Under the pieces are notes generated by a model. The model was given only the letters and a program-made list of their open reading frames with translations. It had not been told where the DNA came from and ran no database searches. Shown piece after piece: positions 46,412-56,570 of a stretch of 64,000 bases of DNA. This DNA is from Paramoeba atlantica (Eukaryota > Protista > Discosea): contig CDRNVI010000001.1 in the NCBI GenBank assembly GCA_977017575.1, positions 1 through 64,000 of the forward strand, in the 5' to 3' direction. The position numbers were made by a program, and so were the translations under genes. Every line of letters begins with the position of its first letter. The first letter of the stretch is position 1.

Positions 46412-48073
46412 ATGGAGCAGTGCTCGAAAAAGTGCAAGGACTCTTCTACTGGAATCGTAGAAGGGCCTATTCCCTTATCAGAGCTGTGGTCTGTCGCTCT
46501 TACGCTTAACAAAGGAGATATGGTACATTTCAAATGGCGGTTAAAGTCATCAAATGGTGGGAAAGCAGATCCTTGGCAAGAACAACAAGGTTACGTGAGA
46601 TACGTAATTTTGGACGGGGGAGATGACCCGGCCGAGGACAACTACTGCTGGTTGAAGTATCATCTTCCTGGAGAATATGAGAAACGAACAGTTGCGTTCC
46701 CACAAGACGGGCTATATGACAACGATGAAGTCGAATATACATCACTCGTGGTCGTTCCGGCAAAGAAGTCTTTTCGTATCCCAAAGAAGAATGAATCTGT
46801 TGAAGATTCGTCGTCTTGTTCGGAAGACATAGAAGACAGCGATTTGCTCCAAATTTCGGACTCGGAGAGCTCTGTGCCGTGCGGAAAGCCTAGTGAAACC
46901 ATTGCCGACGACCCCCGAGTTGCTATGGATCCTGAAGTTTGGCCGAACGAAATATTCACTCCGATGCATTTCTTCACGTTGCGGCAGTATTACCGTGACA
47001 TTCTGGATGACTTTGGTTACAAGCACCCGAACCGCACAGTTTTGGAGATTCATGTACAGCGCATTCGACCGTCAGGGCATTCGACTTTTGGTCGGATGAT
47101 GGGGCGTAGCGACCCTAGCTTCCCTAGCTAACTCACCCGGCGTCAGTACAACAAGACGCTAAATAACTAGGGTGAGCACGATGAAAACAATATGGACGAC
47201 ACTACCCGATGCCAGCAAAACAAGGCACTAAATAATTAGGGTAGATGCCATTCCGACAATGCAGAATGGGTGTCACCGCCCGGTACCGAATATAACAAGG
47301 TACTAAGAAACTAGGGTGGGTGCCATTCGGGCTAATTTTTGGAATGTGTGTGTGTTTTTTTTATCCACCCTCAAAAGATAGAGTGGTTTTTTTGGTCAAG
47401 GGGCGCCTTATTTGCATTACCTAAGGCGCAGGGGTATAGCGCACCCCACCTCCCTAGCTTAGGCGCACGACTGACAACCCTTGCTGCGATGATCTGCTCT
47501 CGCGCGGGTTGAGCGCCGAGAGGCACCTCAGCTCTAATCTGGGGAAACCATAGCCCTCGTTGGCCAAACGGTTTTATTAACAATAACAATAACAACAATG
47601 TACAGCGCATGCTCCACGTAATTGCAATGTTTCGCGGTCAACGAAGCCTCTCTTCTGATCCCAAATGGATTGCTAGCGTTCGTGACACGATACGTTCCAT
47701 TGATGTGATCCGGAAGGAAAAGCAAGGCTATACAAAAGCGGTAATTAGCGAGCTACAGCGATGTTACAAATCTAAGGCAGAACCAGCGTGGATGCGCGCC
47801 GTGCATCAGAGTGCTTTACAGAACGTGAAGGCAACGACCGTACAGTATGACCCGCAAGTGACATATTACGCAAAGCGCCAAAACGCGGCCCCAAAACCGG
47901 GAGGCACAACAACCCAGTCCGGTTCATTGGAATCAAAAAGCGCAGCCAAACGCAAGAAGAAGAAGGAAGCACTTTCTAGCAGAGTAGATAGTGTCATCTC
48001 TAAGTTGGGACCTGCATTTGACAAGTTATCGGTTGAAGAAAAGTCGGTGTTCCGTCGTGGGGGTTTTCAGTAG
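46412..48073 (+). pseudogene. Gag-like ORF of a VIPER-like element interrupted by SINE-1
   Basis: Removing 546 bp joins EIHVQR to MLHVIAMF in frame; pyrimidine-rich tract ending TAACAG before the ATG. Confidence 0.75.
47065..47597 (+). mobile_element. SINE-like family 1 copy with a 13-bp TSD
   Basis: ATGTACAGCGCAT at 47052-47064 and 47598-47610; (AAT/AAC)n tail. Confidence 0.88.
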
Positions 48074-48279
48074 GGCGTGGGGGCCCAGAAAAACCCCTAA
48101 AGCAACACCGTTACAGACAAGGCCTTGTCTCTTCGGGCCCAGATACAAGGCTCTTCGGCACGGGTCCAGTCGAAGGCTCAAAAGACGGAGGCAGTGAGGT
48201 CGGCTTTGTCCAACCCCGAAAGTGTGTTTTCGCTCGAAAAGGAGGCTTCTCACGTTCGAGATGTTTCGGAAAATCATCA

Positions 48280-48670
48280 ACGCACGCGTCAGAGAGTGGA
48301 AGAAATGTATCATCTGTCTGGGGAAAACAGCCTAGCGGGAAATAGCCTGCCTGGATAGATGGCGCCAGATTTATGCTCCAACAACTGCACTCCTGTATGG
48401 GAAAGTACACAATGCCTTGTATCCTCAAAAATGCCCGAAACAGTTTCGCGTACTTTTAAGCCATATCCGCCAGCAGAGCGGGGTTTTGAAGGTTCACCGC
48501 GCAACCGCTGTTACCCCGATTCAGATAGCTCAGATCCTAAGACGCGAAGATCAAGAGACGGCAGCAACGGTGTTGCTCATGTTTATCAGCGCGTCTCGTC
48601 ACATGGACCTCATGCGAATTTGGAAATACGAGTGGAACCCTCCGAACCTTTCCATGCAATGGAGCGTTGT
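48280..48670 (+). pseudogene. N-terminal YR fragment (VIPER-like)
   Basis: YAPTTALLY...VLLMFISASRHMDL (first catalytic Arg); in-frame TAG; truncated. Confidence 0.6.
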
Positions 48671-48750
48671 TGGCTTTTTTATTTTTCTACTTGGTTAAAA
48701 TTCCTATGATTCCTTGGGGCGGTCGCCCCGGCTCCGAAGACTTCACCAAC

Positions 48751-49424
48751 GCCGTGCCCTGCGTAGCCACGACTCTGCGAGGATCTGTGAGGAACAAGTC
48801 GGAAGAGCATGACGCCGGCTACACGATGGTAGTGGATCCCGATCTCGAGCGCCATAAATGCTTTTCAGTTCGGTTGGGGAATGCTGCTTTCCTGTGCTTT
48901 GTTGTGTTTAAAACGACGGAAGCCGTGCCCTGCGTAGCCACGACTCTGCGAGGATATGTAAGGAACAAGTCGGAAGAGCATGACGCCGGCTACACGATGG
49001 TAGTGGATCCCGATCTCGAGCGCCATAAACCCTTTTCAGCTCGGTTGGGGAATGCTGCTTTCCTGTGCTTTGTTGTGTTTGAAACGACGGAAGCCGCGCC
49101 CTGCGTAGCCACGACTCTGCGAGGATATGTGAGGAACAAGTCGGAAGAGCATGACGCCGGCTACACGATGGTAGTGGATCCCGATCTCGAGCGCCATAAA
49201 TGCTTTTCAGCTCGGTTGGGGAATGCTGCTTTCCTGTGCTTTGTTGTGTTTAAAACGACGGAAGCCGTGCCCTGCGTAGCCACGACTCTGCGAGGATATG
49301 TAAGGAACAAGTCGGAAGAGCATGACGCCGGCTACACGATGGTAGTGGATCCCGATCTCGAGCGCCATAAATCTTTTTCAGCTCGGTTGGGGAATGCTGC
49401 TTTCCTGTGCTTTGTTGTGTTTGA
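48751..49424. repeat. 171-bp tandem repeat x about 4 with alternating variants
   Basis: Units at 48751, 48922, 49093, 49264. Confidence 0.95.
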
Positions 49425-50975
49425 AATTAAGCTTGTGAATTTTATTAAGCTTGTGAATTTTATTAAGCTTGTGAATTTTTTTTTGTGTAATATCTTCGGT
49501 TTCTTTATCCGTTGCACTCTCGGAGATTTAACCCCCGTGAAGATCTCATTCGTCTTCAAATGATCGAGAATTCACGTTTAGACGGGCGAGACGTGATCTC
49601 CTTTACCCCCCATTATCTTCCCTCTACCTTATATCCCATACCGTAAACTTATAATAGCTATATTAATTATACTTTTTTTTTAAAGTTTCCAAGGTTTTTG
49701 TTTTTAAAGTCAAATTCTAGAGGCCCATGTTTTGTGAATCGTCATTAGATAAATAATTTCTCAGCTGAGAGAATACAATCGACTTTTTTGTATTAAGACC
49801 ACTTTTTGTATTAAGACCACATTTTTTGAATGAATATCTACCCGTAATCAAAACCTCTTTTTTTTTACACCATTTTTATAAGAACACCATTTTTATAAGA
49901 ACACCCTGCATAATTAATCATAAATAATTCGATCAGCATGCATACTTCTTATTCTACATATAAATGCTTCAATTACTTTCACAAGATCTCATTATCGTAT
50001 AATGATGATGTATATTTATAAGAAGATTTTTTTTGGGGGGGGTGTGCACCCCCCCTAGGCCCACCGGAAGCCTACCCTCTTTTCATATGGATTTTCATCA
50101 TATAAAAATCCATTTCTAAAGAAAATACCTTTCTTTCTTAAGCAAAAAGGAGTTTTGTCCTTTTAATAGCCCTCAGAGTTTCCAAAAAAAAAAGCCCTCA
50201 GAGTTTAGTGTCCTGTTTGTTTGTTTGTTTTTCAGGTAAAAACCCCGTAGACGGGGTGTTGCCTCCTCGGAGAGAGCCGAAGGTAGCTCCGACCCGCACG
50301 ACCCATGCGCAGACCTAAAAGGAGCGCAGCACAGAGCCAATGCAAGCCGATCCAGCTAACGCGCAGACTGAAAGTCCGCTGCGGGAAGCTGGATTAGCTA
50401 GGAGGGTGGGGTTCGCCACACCCCGACACTGCCAAAAGCAGTGCTCCTTGACCCCTTGCCTTCTTGCTGGCATAGTTTGGGAGTGTCGACTCTCAGCTTC
50501 AACGGTTTTAGCACCTCAGCTTCAACGGACCAAGTCTTCTAGGGTGGTACCCCCTCGAGCGGACTGGCTCCTCAGCTTCAACAGGCCAAATCTCAGCTTC
50601 AACAAGCTCGTATCTCTCCAAATTGTTACCCTAGCCCCGTTATCATGGGCTAGTTGCAAGCCGCAGAAAGAAAGAAAAAAGAAAAGAAAAAGCGTGAATG
50701 ACGCCTACCCTAGTTTTTTAGTACCTTGTTATATTCGGTACCGGGCGGCGCCATTCTTCGAGATGCAGCGTGAGGGGGTGGCAGAGGGGATGAAGGGAAA
50801 GAGTGGGAAGGGAAAGAGTGGCGCAGGTGGGAGCAGGGAGGGAGAGGGAATGGGCGGCGAAGGGGACGGCGCAGTGGGTGGGGGGCGAAAAGCGGCGCGG
50901 CAGAGCGACGCAGGGGGCAACAGAGGGCGACCAAGTGGGTGGCGAGGGGTGGGCGAAGGCAACGAAGAAAAAAAA

Positions 50976-53900
50976 AACTTTAACGATAAAGATACAGTTT
51001 CTGTACCTTGTTGAATTTTTCTTTCTCTTTATTGCTTACTAGGGTCGCACCATGCCGCCCGATGATTCCTTTGATGCCAACGCGTTACCAATGGATGATG
51101 ACTCTTTTCGCCAGGAACAAATGTCACACAAACCCGGAGATTGGGACCAATTCGCAGGAAACGCTCACCTGATTTCCGGCCAAAGCACCTACAATGAACT
51201 TTTGTATACGACACCTATCCCCGAAAACTTACCTAAACACTGGACCGAAAGAGCCTACAAGATCGCGGCAGAGGAACCTACACCGGACACAGGCAGAATG
51301 ACCGCGGACGAAGAGACAAATCACTCCCTTGTCGTGGCAAACAACGTGGGAATTACTTCGGAGGCCTCATCCGCCCACATTTTCTCTCCAACTAAGGCTA
51401 CAAAGCGCAAGAATACTGATTCTGCCCCTACCACATACCACAACGCCAATACGCAGCAGAAGGATGTAGAACGTCAATGCCCAGCAGAAGGATGTACGTG
51501 GAAAACCCCACCACATAGCAGAAAATGGCAGGCATTTTATCACCATGTGGCTCATCGACACGGCAAAAACATTCCAAACGAGTGGTGGGAGGGAGAGGGA
51601 AGATTCCTCTGCAGAGATTGTGGCAGACACTACGCCAAGAACAAGCTCAAGTCTCACCCCAAAAACTGCAGGGGCCGCAACAATTCCGGACGGTCATTAG
51701 CCCCACCTCTTCCAACGGCACGTCCCCAAAACGCAGAAGAAAATCCAACAGACAATTTGCCATCACTCGGCTCCATCTGCGCACTTCCCATGAGCACCTG
51801 CAAAGACGTCCCACACTGTTGCAGATTCCTCTGGGCGAGCATCCTCACGCAATCCTTGACATCCGCAGTGAAGGAAAACACGGTAGAGGCATGGACACTT
51901 CTCGCAATGCTCCCTAAGTGTGTCCTACCAGCACCTTTCCGAGGCGGTCGCAAAGGCCACACATCATACTCTACGTACGTCGAAAACCGCATGAAACTGT
52001 GGCTAGCGGGGGAGTACCTCTTGCTATGGGAAGATGCCGAGAGGGATCATTATAAAAAGCGCTCCAGATCACGCGACTCCGAAATCGATGCAGACAGAGC
52101 GGCAATTCGAGCCGAACTCTTGGCCCGCCAGGGGGAATTTTCCAGGGGAATGGAAGCCCTAACCGCAGCCCCCATGGCGCCAGACAACGCAGATACCCTC
52201 GAAAAGCTCTTGGAGAAGCATCCAGTCCCACACGAAAATCCCTTGCAGAATGATCTACCACCGATCGAGGGCAACCCCCTACACCTAGAGGAAACAGAGG
52301 TCAAAAAAGCGATCGTCAGCTTCCGCAGGGGATCTTCCGCCGGCACGATGGGCCTTCGTCCAGAGCACCTCCAGGCAGCCATCTTGGAACATGTGGACAA
52401 GGATGTGAATCCTCTCTCGGCCCTCACGCGACTAGTGAACCACATGCTTCAAGGAAAAGCGCCACAAGACGTCCAATCATTCTACGCTGGAGCCCGGCTC
52501 TGCGCCCTGGAAAAAGGCGAGGACGATGTTAGACCAATCGCAGCGGGTGAAACCCTTAGACGCCTCGTAAGCAAGGCGGCATGTATCTCGATAAAGGAGA
52601 AAGCGGGTACTCTGTTCAACGGGCGACAATATGGTGTAGCAGCCCCCTCGGGAGCCGAACGAGTTATCCACCTCTGCCGGAGAGCCATGCTCAATAACCT
52701 GGGGAGTGACAATTTTGTCTTCTGCAAAGTGGACTTAAGAAACGCTTTCAATAACGTCAGCAGGCCTGTTCTCACCCTAACCACGCGCTTAAATTTCCCC
52801 GAACTCTCACCTTGGGTAGAGTGGTGTTACTCCAACGTGAGCTGTCTTACCTACAGAGACAATGTCATACCCTCGGCGGAGGGGGTACAACAAGGAGACC
52901 CACTAGGCCCTCTTCTCTTCTCTCTAGTACTATCCAGTGTAACAGAAGAAATATCGTCTCGGTCGAATCTAGACACTCAACTTTGGTACCTAGATGACGG
53001 GGTACTCATAGGGGAGGCTGAGGAGGTCAGGAAGGCGCTCGATGTTTTTTCCGATGTTGGCTCCCGATGCGGACTTTTCCTAAACCCATCGAAATGTGAG
53101 ATAATAACACCGCCTGCTTCATCCCATCTCACAGGATTATTTCCAGAGATACCGAAGGCTAAAACTCGTACTGATGGAAATTTCGACATCTTGGGCTCCC
53201 CGATTGGGTCAGCGGAGCATTGCGTGGAGTTTCTCAGGTCAGAAGCCATTGAGCCCGCACGCGAAACACTAGACGCAATAGGTCTCATAGGAGACCCACA
53301 AGTAGCCATGTCCCTCATCCGGCAGTGCACTGGATTCTGTCAAATGGTCTACGCACTTCGCACGACACCCCCTCATGCGCTTTCTGAGCTTTGTAATTCC
53401 CTTGATGAAAATGTTCTAAAAGCCGCGGAATGGGCACTTTTCCCTCTGGATTCCCACGCGCGTGACCAAATCCAACGTAAGAAGCGCAACGGGGGTTTTG
53501 GTCTCAGGTCTTCGCTCCTCCACGCAACAGCAGCATATGTCTCCTCCGTTGCGCACGCCGCCGATGCAGACGATTGGGACCCTTCAGAAGCCGAGGGATT
53601 CACCACTTCCGTGCAAGACGTGAATAGAAAGGCGGGGGTAGAACTTGTGGATCCCGGTACAGGACGCATCCCGAAACAGAATAAACCACATCCAGAGTCC
53701 AGCCAAAGACACAACCTCACCTCGAGAAGCAAACGCCCACGACACATACTCAACAACATGGACGCGGATAAGACGGCCGAGCCGGAAATGGTTATCCCCC
53801 GGCAGCAGCAACTGAGCCAAGCCATATCGCAGCAGGAATTCACTACAGCCTACGGCCAGGCCGACCCCCGCACCCGAGCACGATGGGTTTCTCAGTCAGG

Positions 53901-55092
53901 AAAGGGAGCTGGGAGCTGGGCCTTCGTCACGCCCTCAAGGAGTAAAGGTTTTGCCTTCACACCAACCGAGTTCCGCACGTTATCGCGCTGGTGGTTTGGC
54001 ATGGACATTTATGGCCAAGACCGCCCCTGCCCAGCAAACGGGTGTTCCCTACCCCTACAGAAAAATGGGGAGCATGCATTATTGTGCAAGAACGGACATG
54101 GCCTCATCACGCGGCACAATGCGCTTTGTGTAGAATTCGCCTCCTTTTGCAGCAAGGCCAACATAGCTCCCCAGCGAGAAAAAAGTCTGGGAAATCGGGG
54201 GCCAGGAGGGGGTCTCACCAGACCGGCTGACGTTTTCCTCCCCACGTACACTCTAGGGAAAGGCATGGTACTAGACTTCGCAGTCACTCACGCACAGCAA
54301 ACAAAGTATTTGGACTCTGTCCGGAATGCTAGCTGGGTGGCTGCAGGGTCTTTCGCCGAGCATTACTCAGAAACGAAGGAAAAACAACGTCAAGAAGCAG
54401 AAGAAGCACAACTAGGGTTCACGGCCATGGTTGTCGAGTCTTTTGGCTCGTGGAGTAAAAGCGCAATGGCGGTCTTATGGAAGGTGGGAGCACTACGCGC
54501 CAACTCGTCAAAAGGTCTTCTCACGGATGCTCAAGCCCGAAATGACCTTCTGAAAGAGCTTAACGTCACACTCATGCGCTCTCAGGCCCGCATGATGGTC
54601 TCCCGGATAGTCGTCAGTGACCCCCAAGCTCCCCTGGAAGAGGAGTAGGGCCCACAGGCATGGTCCTCTAGGGTAACAAGACGATTAGGGTGCTGGTCGC
54701 GTCGACAGAGTCTATACTCACGCCTAGCCCGCGAGGGCTAGGTACCCCGAGTGAGGTAGTACACGGGCAGTGAATCTCCTCCCCGTCGGCCAGCATCCTG
54801 TTTCGCGACCGTGTCGCTGTCGACACAGGCCCGCGCCTGCGCCCTCCTGTATAACAAGGGAAGGGTTCACAAGTCAGGCCGTGGAGAGGTCGAAAGACCC
54901 GGTCCGGAACGCGCGAATGGATTGGGCATAGATTGCTTGTTTTTATTGTTATTGTTTTTATTGTTCTTATACTTACGGGAGATCGAATTGCTAGTTTTGG
55001 GGTCCAAAATATGAAATTGCTAATTTGATTGCTTGTTTTAAAATCATATACCCCCCCCAATGGACCTACTTCGTTCGTCTAAAAAAAAAAAA
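50976..55092 (+). mobile_element. CRE/SLACS-clade LINE B, apparently full length
   Basis: SL 50976-51013, single ORF, about 430-nt 3' UTR, poly(A) 55081-55092. Confidence 0.9.
51052..54648 (+). CDS. CRE polyprotein: LsmAD-like N-terminus, C2H2 fingers, RT, restriction-like endonuclease (1198 aa)
   Basis: RPIAAGE, VDLRNAFN, QQGDPLGP, WYLDDG, RHNA, RPADV, LDFAV, VVESFG; no stops. Confidence 0.95.
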   Translation: MPPDDSFDANALPMDDDSFRQEQMSHKPGDWDQFAGNAHLISGQSTYNELLYTTPIPENLPKHWTERAYKIAAEEPTPDTGRMTADEETNHSLVVANNVGITSEASSAHIFSPTKATKRKNTDSAPTTYHNANTQQKDVERQCPAEGCTWKTPPHSRKWQAFYHHVAHRHGKNIPNEWWEGEGRFLCRDCGRHYAKNKLKSHPKNCRGRNNSGRSLAPPLPTARPQNAEENPTDNLPSLGSICALPMSTCKDVPHCCRFLWASILTQSLTSAVKENTVEAWTLLAMLPKCVLPAPFRGGRKGHTSYSTYVENRMKLWLAGEYLLLWEDAERDHYKKRSRSRDSEIDADRAAIRAELLARQGEFSRGMEALTAAPMAPDNADTLEKLLEKHPVPHENPLQNDLPPIEGNPLHLEETEVKKAIVSFRRGSSAGTMGLRPEHLQAAILEHVDKDVNPLSALTRLVNHMLQGKAPQDVQSFYAGARLCALEKGEDDVRPIAAGETLRRLVSKAACISIKEKAGTLFNGRQYGVAAPSGAERVIHLCRRAMLNNLGSDNFVFCKVDLRNAFNNVSRPVLTLTTRLNFPELSPWVEWCYSNVSCLTYRDNVIPSAEGVQQGDPLGPLLFSLVLSSVTEEISSRSNLDTQLWYLDDGVLIGEAEEVRKALDVFSDVGSRCGLFLNPSKCEIITPPASSHLTGLFPEIPKAKTRTDGNFDILGSPIGSAEHCVEFLRSEAIEPARETLDAIGLIGDPQVAMSLIRQCTGFCQMVYALRTTPPHALSELCNSLDENVLKAAEWALFPLDSHARDQIQRKKRNGGFGLRSSLLHATAAYVSSVAHAADADDWDPSEAEGFTTSVQDVNRKAGVELVDPGTGRIPKQNKPHPESSQRHNLTSRSKRPRHILNNMDADKTAEPEMVIPRQQQLSQAISQQEFTTAYGQADPRTRARWVSQSGKGAGSWAFVTPSRSKGFAFTPTEFRTLSRWWFGMDIYGQDRPCPANGCSLPLQKNGEHALLCKNGHGLITRHNALCVEFASFCSKANIAPQREKSLGNRGPGGGLTRPADVFLPTYTLGKGMVLDFAVTHAQQTKYLDSVRNASWVAAGSFAEHYSETKEKQRQEAEEAQLGFTAMVVESFGSWSKSAMAVLWKVGALRANSSKGLLTDAQARNDLLKELNVTLMRSQARMMVSRIVVSDPQAPLEEE

Positions 55093-55842
55093 CTTTAACG
55101 ATAACTTTAACGATAAAGATACAGTTTCTGTACCTTGTTGAATTATTTCTCCTTTTCTTTCCTACAACATCTTCTGGACCATGGGAGGGCACCCCCCTCA
55201 AATTCTCACTCTGTTGCCGGCATCCCCCCTCCCTCTCTCATCCCATCATCCCCTCGCGTCATATCCCCCCACCTCTTCCTCCCGCCTCTGCGCGCTCGTT
55301 GTTCTTCTGTCTTTCTCTCTTGCGTCCCCCACCCCCGTGCCAGCAGCCCAAAGTATTGTATCCTTGCTCACGGGGTGGGGGCAGAGTTCCAGACGGATGG
55401 GCTGCGGCGTCGTTTTCCCTCGTCTCCGCGTCCGTCCCGCCATGTCTCTCTTCCCGCTTTTTGCCCTTGGCGCGACGGCGTCTTTGCGCTTCGTTACCTC
55501 CACGTCTCCCACCCTCGTACAGCAACACAAAGTATCTGATACTGCTAACGGGGTGGGAGCGGAGGTCACCTCCACATCTTCCACCCTCGTACAGCAACAC
55601 AAAGTATCTTATACTGCTAACGGGGTGGGAGCGGAGGCTCTGGACCACATGGGCGCTCGCGCGGACGAGTCGGTATAGGGTAGGGGGTAAGGACGGGGAT
55701 GGATGAGAGGGTTAAGGGAAAGTGTGGAAAGTGGGGAGTAAGTACGGTGAAGTGGGGAGAGTAAGTACGGTGAAGTGGGGAGAGTAAGTACGGTGAAGTG
55801 TGAAAAGTGTGCGAAAGTGTTCGAAAAGTAGATAAAAAAAAA
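55091..55842 (+). mobile_element. SL-capped non-autonomous retrocopy (element C)
   Basis: SL 55103-55140 with its first 12 nt duplicated; internal ~60-bp and 22-bp tandem repeats; ends in A9. Confidence 0.6.
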
Positions 55843-56269
55843 CTCCGGCGGAGAGCGCGGGAGGAGAGCGCCAGAGGGGAAGGGCGACGGAGAGCGTTGC
55901 GTGGAGCGCGGAGGGGGGCACGGGAGGGAGCAAAAAAAAACAGCGAGGGAGAGCGCGGCGAGGAGAGCACCGGAGCGGGAGGGCGGCCGAGATCGTGGCG
56001 CGGAGGGGGGCGAAAAGGGGCCGCGAAGGAGCGCGGGAGTTGAGGCAGGGTGAGCGAATTAGTGTCCTGTATCTGTGCCCATGTTGTTGTTGTTGGGTCC
56101 TGTATCTGTGCCCATGTTGAATAATACGAGATAGACTTGACTTTGGAGACTAGAAGATTATTTGGCTTCAAAGGCTTATGCCACCTAGTCATTTTTCACC
56201 CTGTATGTGGTTCCGCAATTGCGATACGATAGTTTGTTCTTTGATGAATGACCTGGTTCTCGTAGTTAA

Positions 56270-56566
56270 CATTTGCGTTGCATGCTTGACACGTCCACGT
56301 GGTGAAGGCCCGAGGTTCGATCTCACATGGAATTCCAGCCCGAATACATAGGTCACCAATGTACTTGACAAGAGCGTTGTGTTTTACGGTTGCGTTGAGG
56401 CCGGAGCATCGGACACATCCAGGGATGTGGGTGAGGGCCGTGTTGCCGTCTAATATAATCTTGCACCCGGGGCAGGTGAGGTTTCGAGGTAATTTGGGAT
56501 GGACAATTCCAAGTCGCGGCATGATCGTAAGTTCAAAGTTCCGTGGAGGTACGAGTCTGGTGTTTG
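56270..56566 (-). pseudogene. CRE-like zinc-knuckle/pre-REL fragment
   Basis: CPGCKIILDGNTALTHIPGC...VKHNALVKY...CEIEP. Confidence 0.75.
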
Positions 56567-56570
56567 ACAT

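Larger units (their letters stand above)
50217..56058 (-). mobile_element. 5'-truncated SINE-2 copy split by two SL-capped insertions (parts 50217-50977 and 55843-56058)
   Basis: 12-bp TSD TTAGTGTCCTGT (50205-50216, 56059-56070); (AAAC)n tail; reverse complement of 40992-41940. Confidence 0.82.

Noticed and set aside
48667-49563. 298-aa repeat protein
   Set aside because: Open only because the satellite unit is a multiple of 3; no motif or plausible start
50492-50603. CRISPR-like array (12-bp repeats; also the AACAAG...TAGGGT modules)
   Set aside because: Repeats are too short or degenerate, spacers are irregular and identical between copies, there are no cas genes, and the context is eukaryotic
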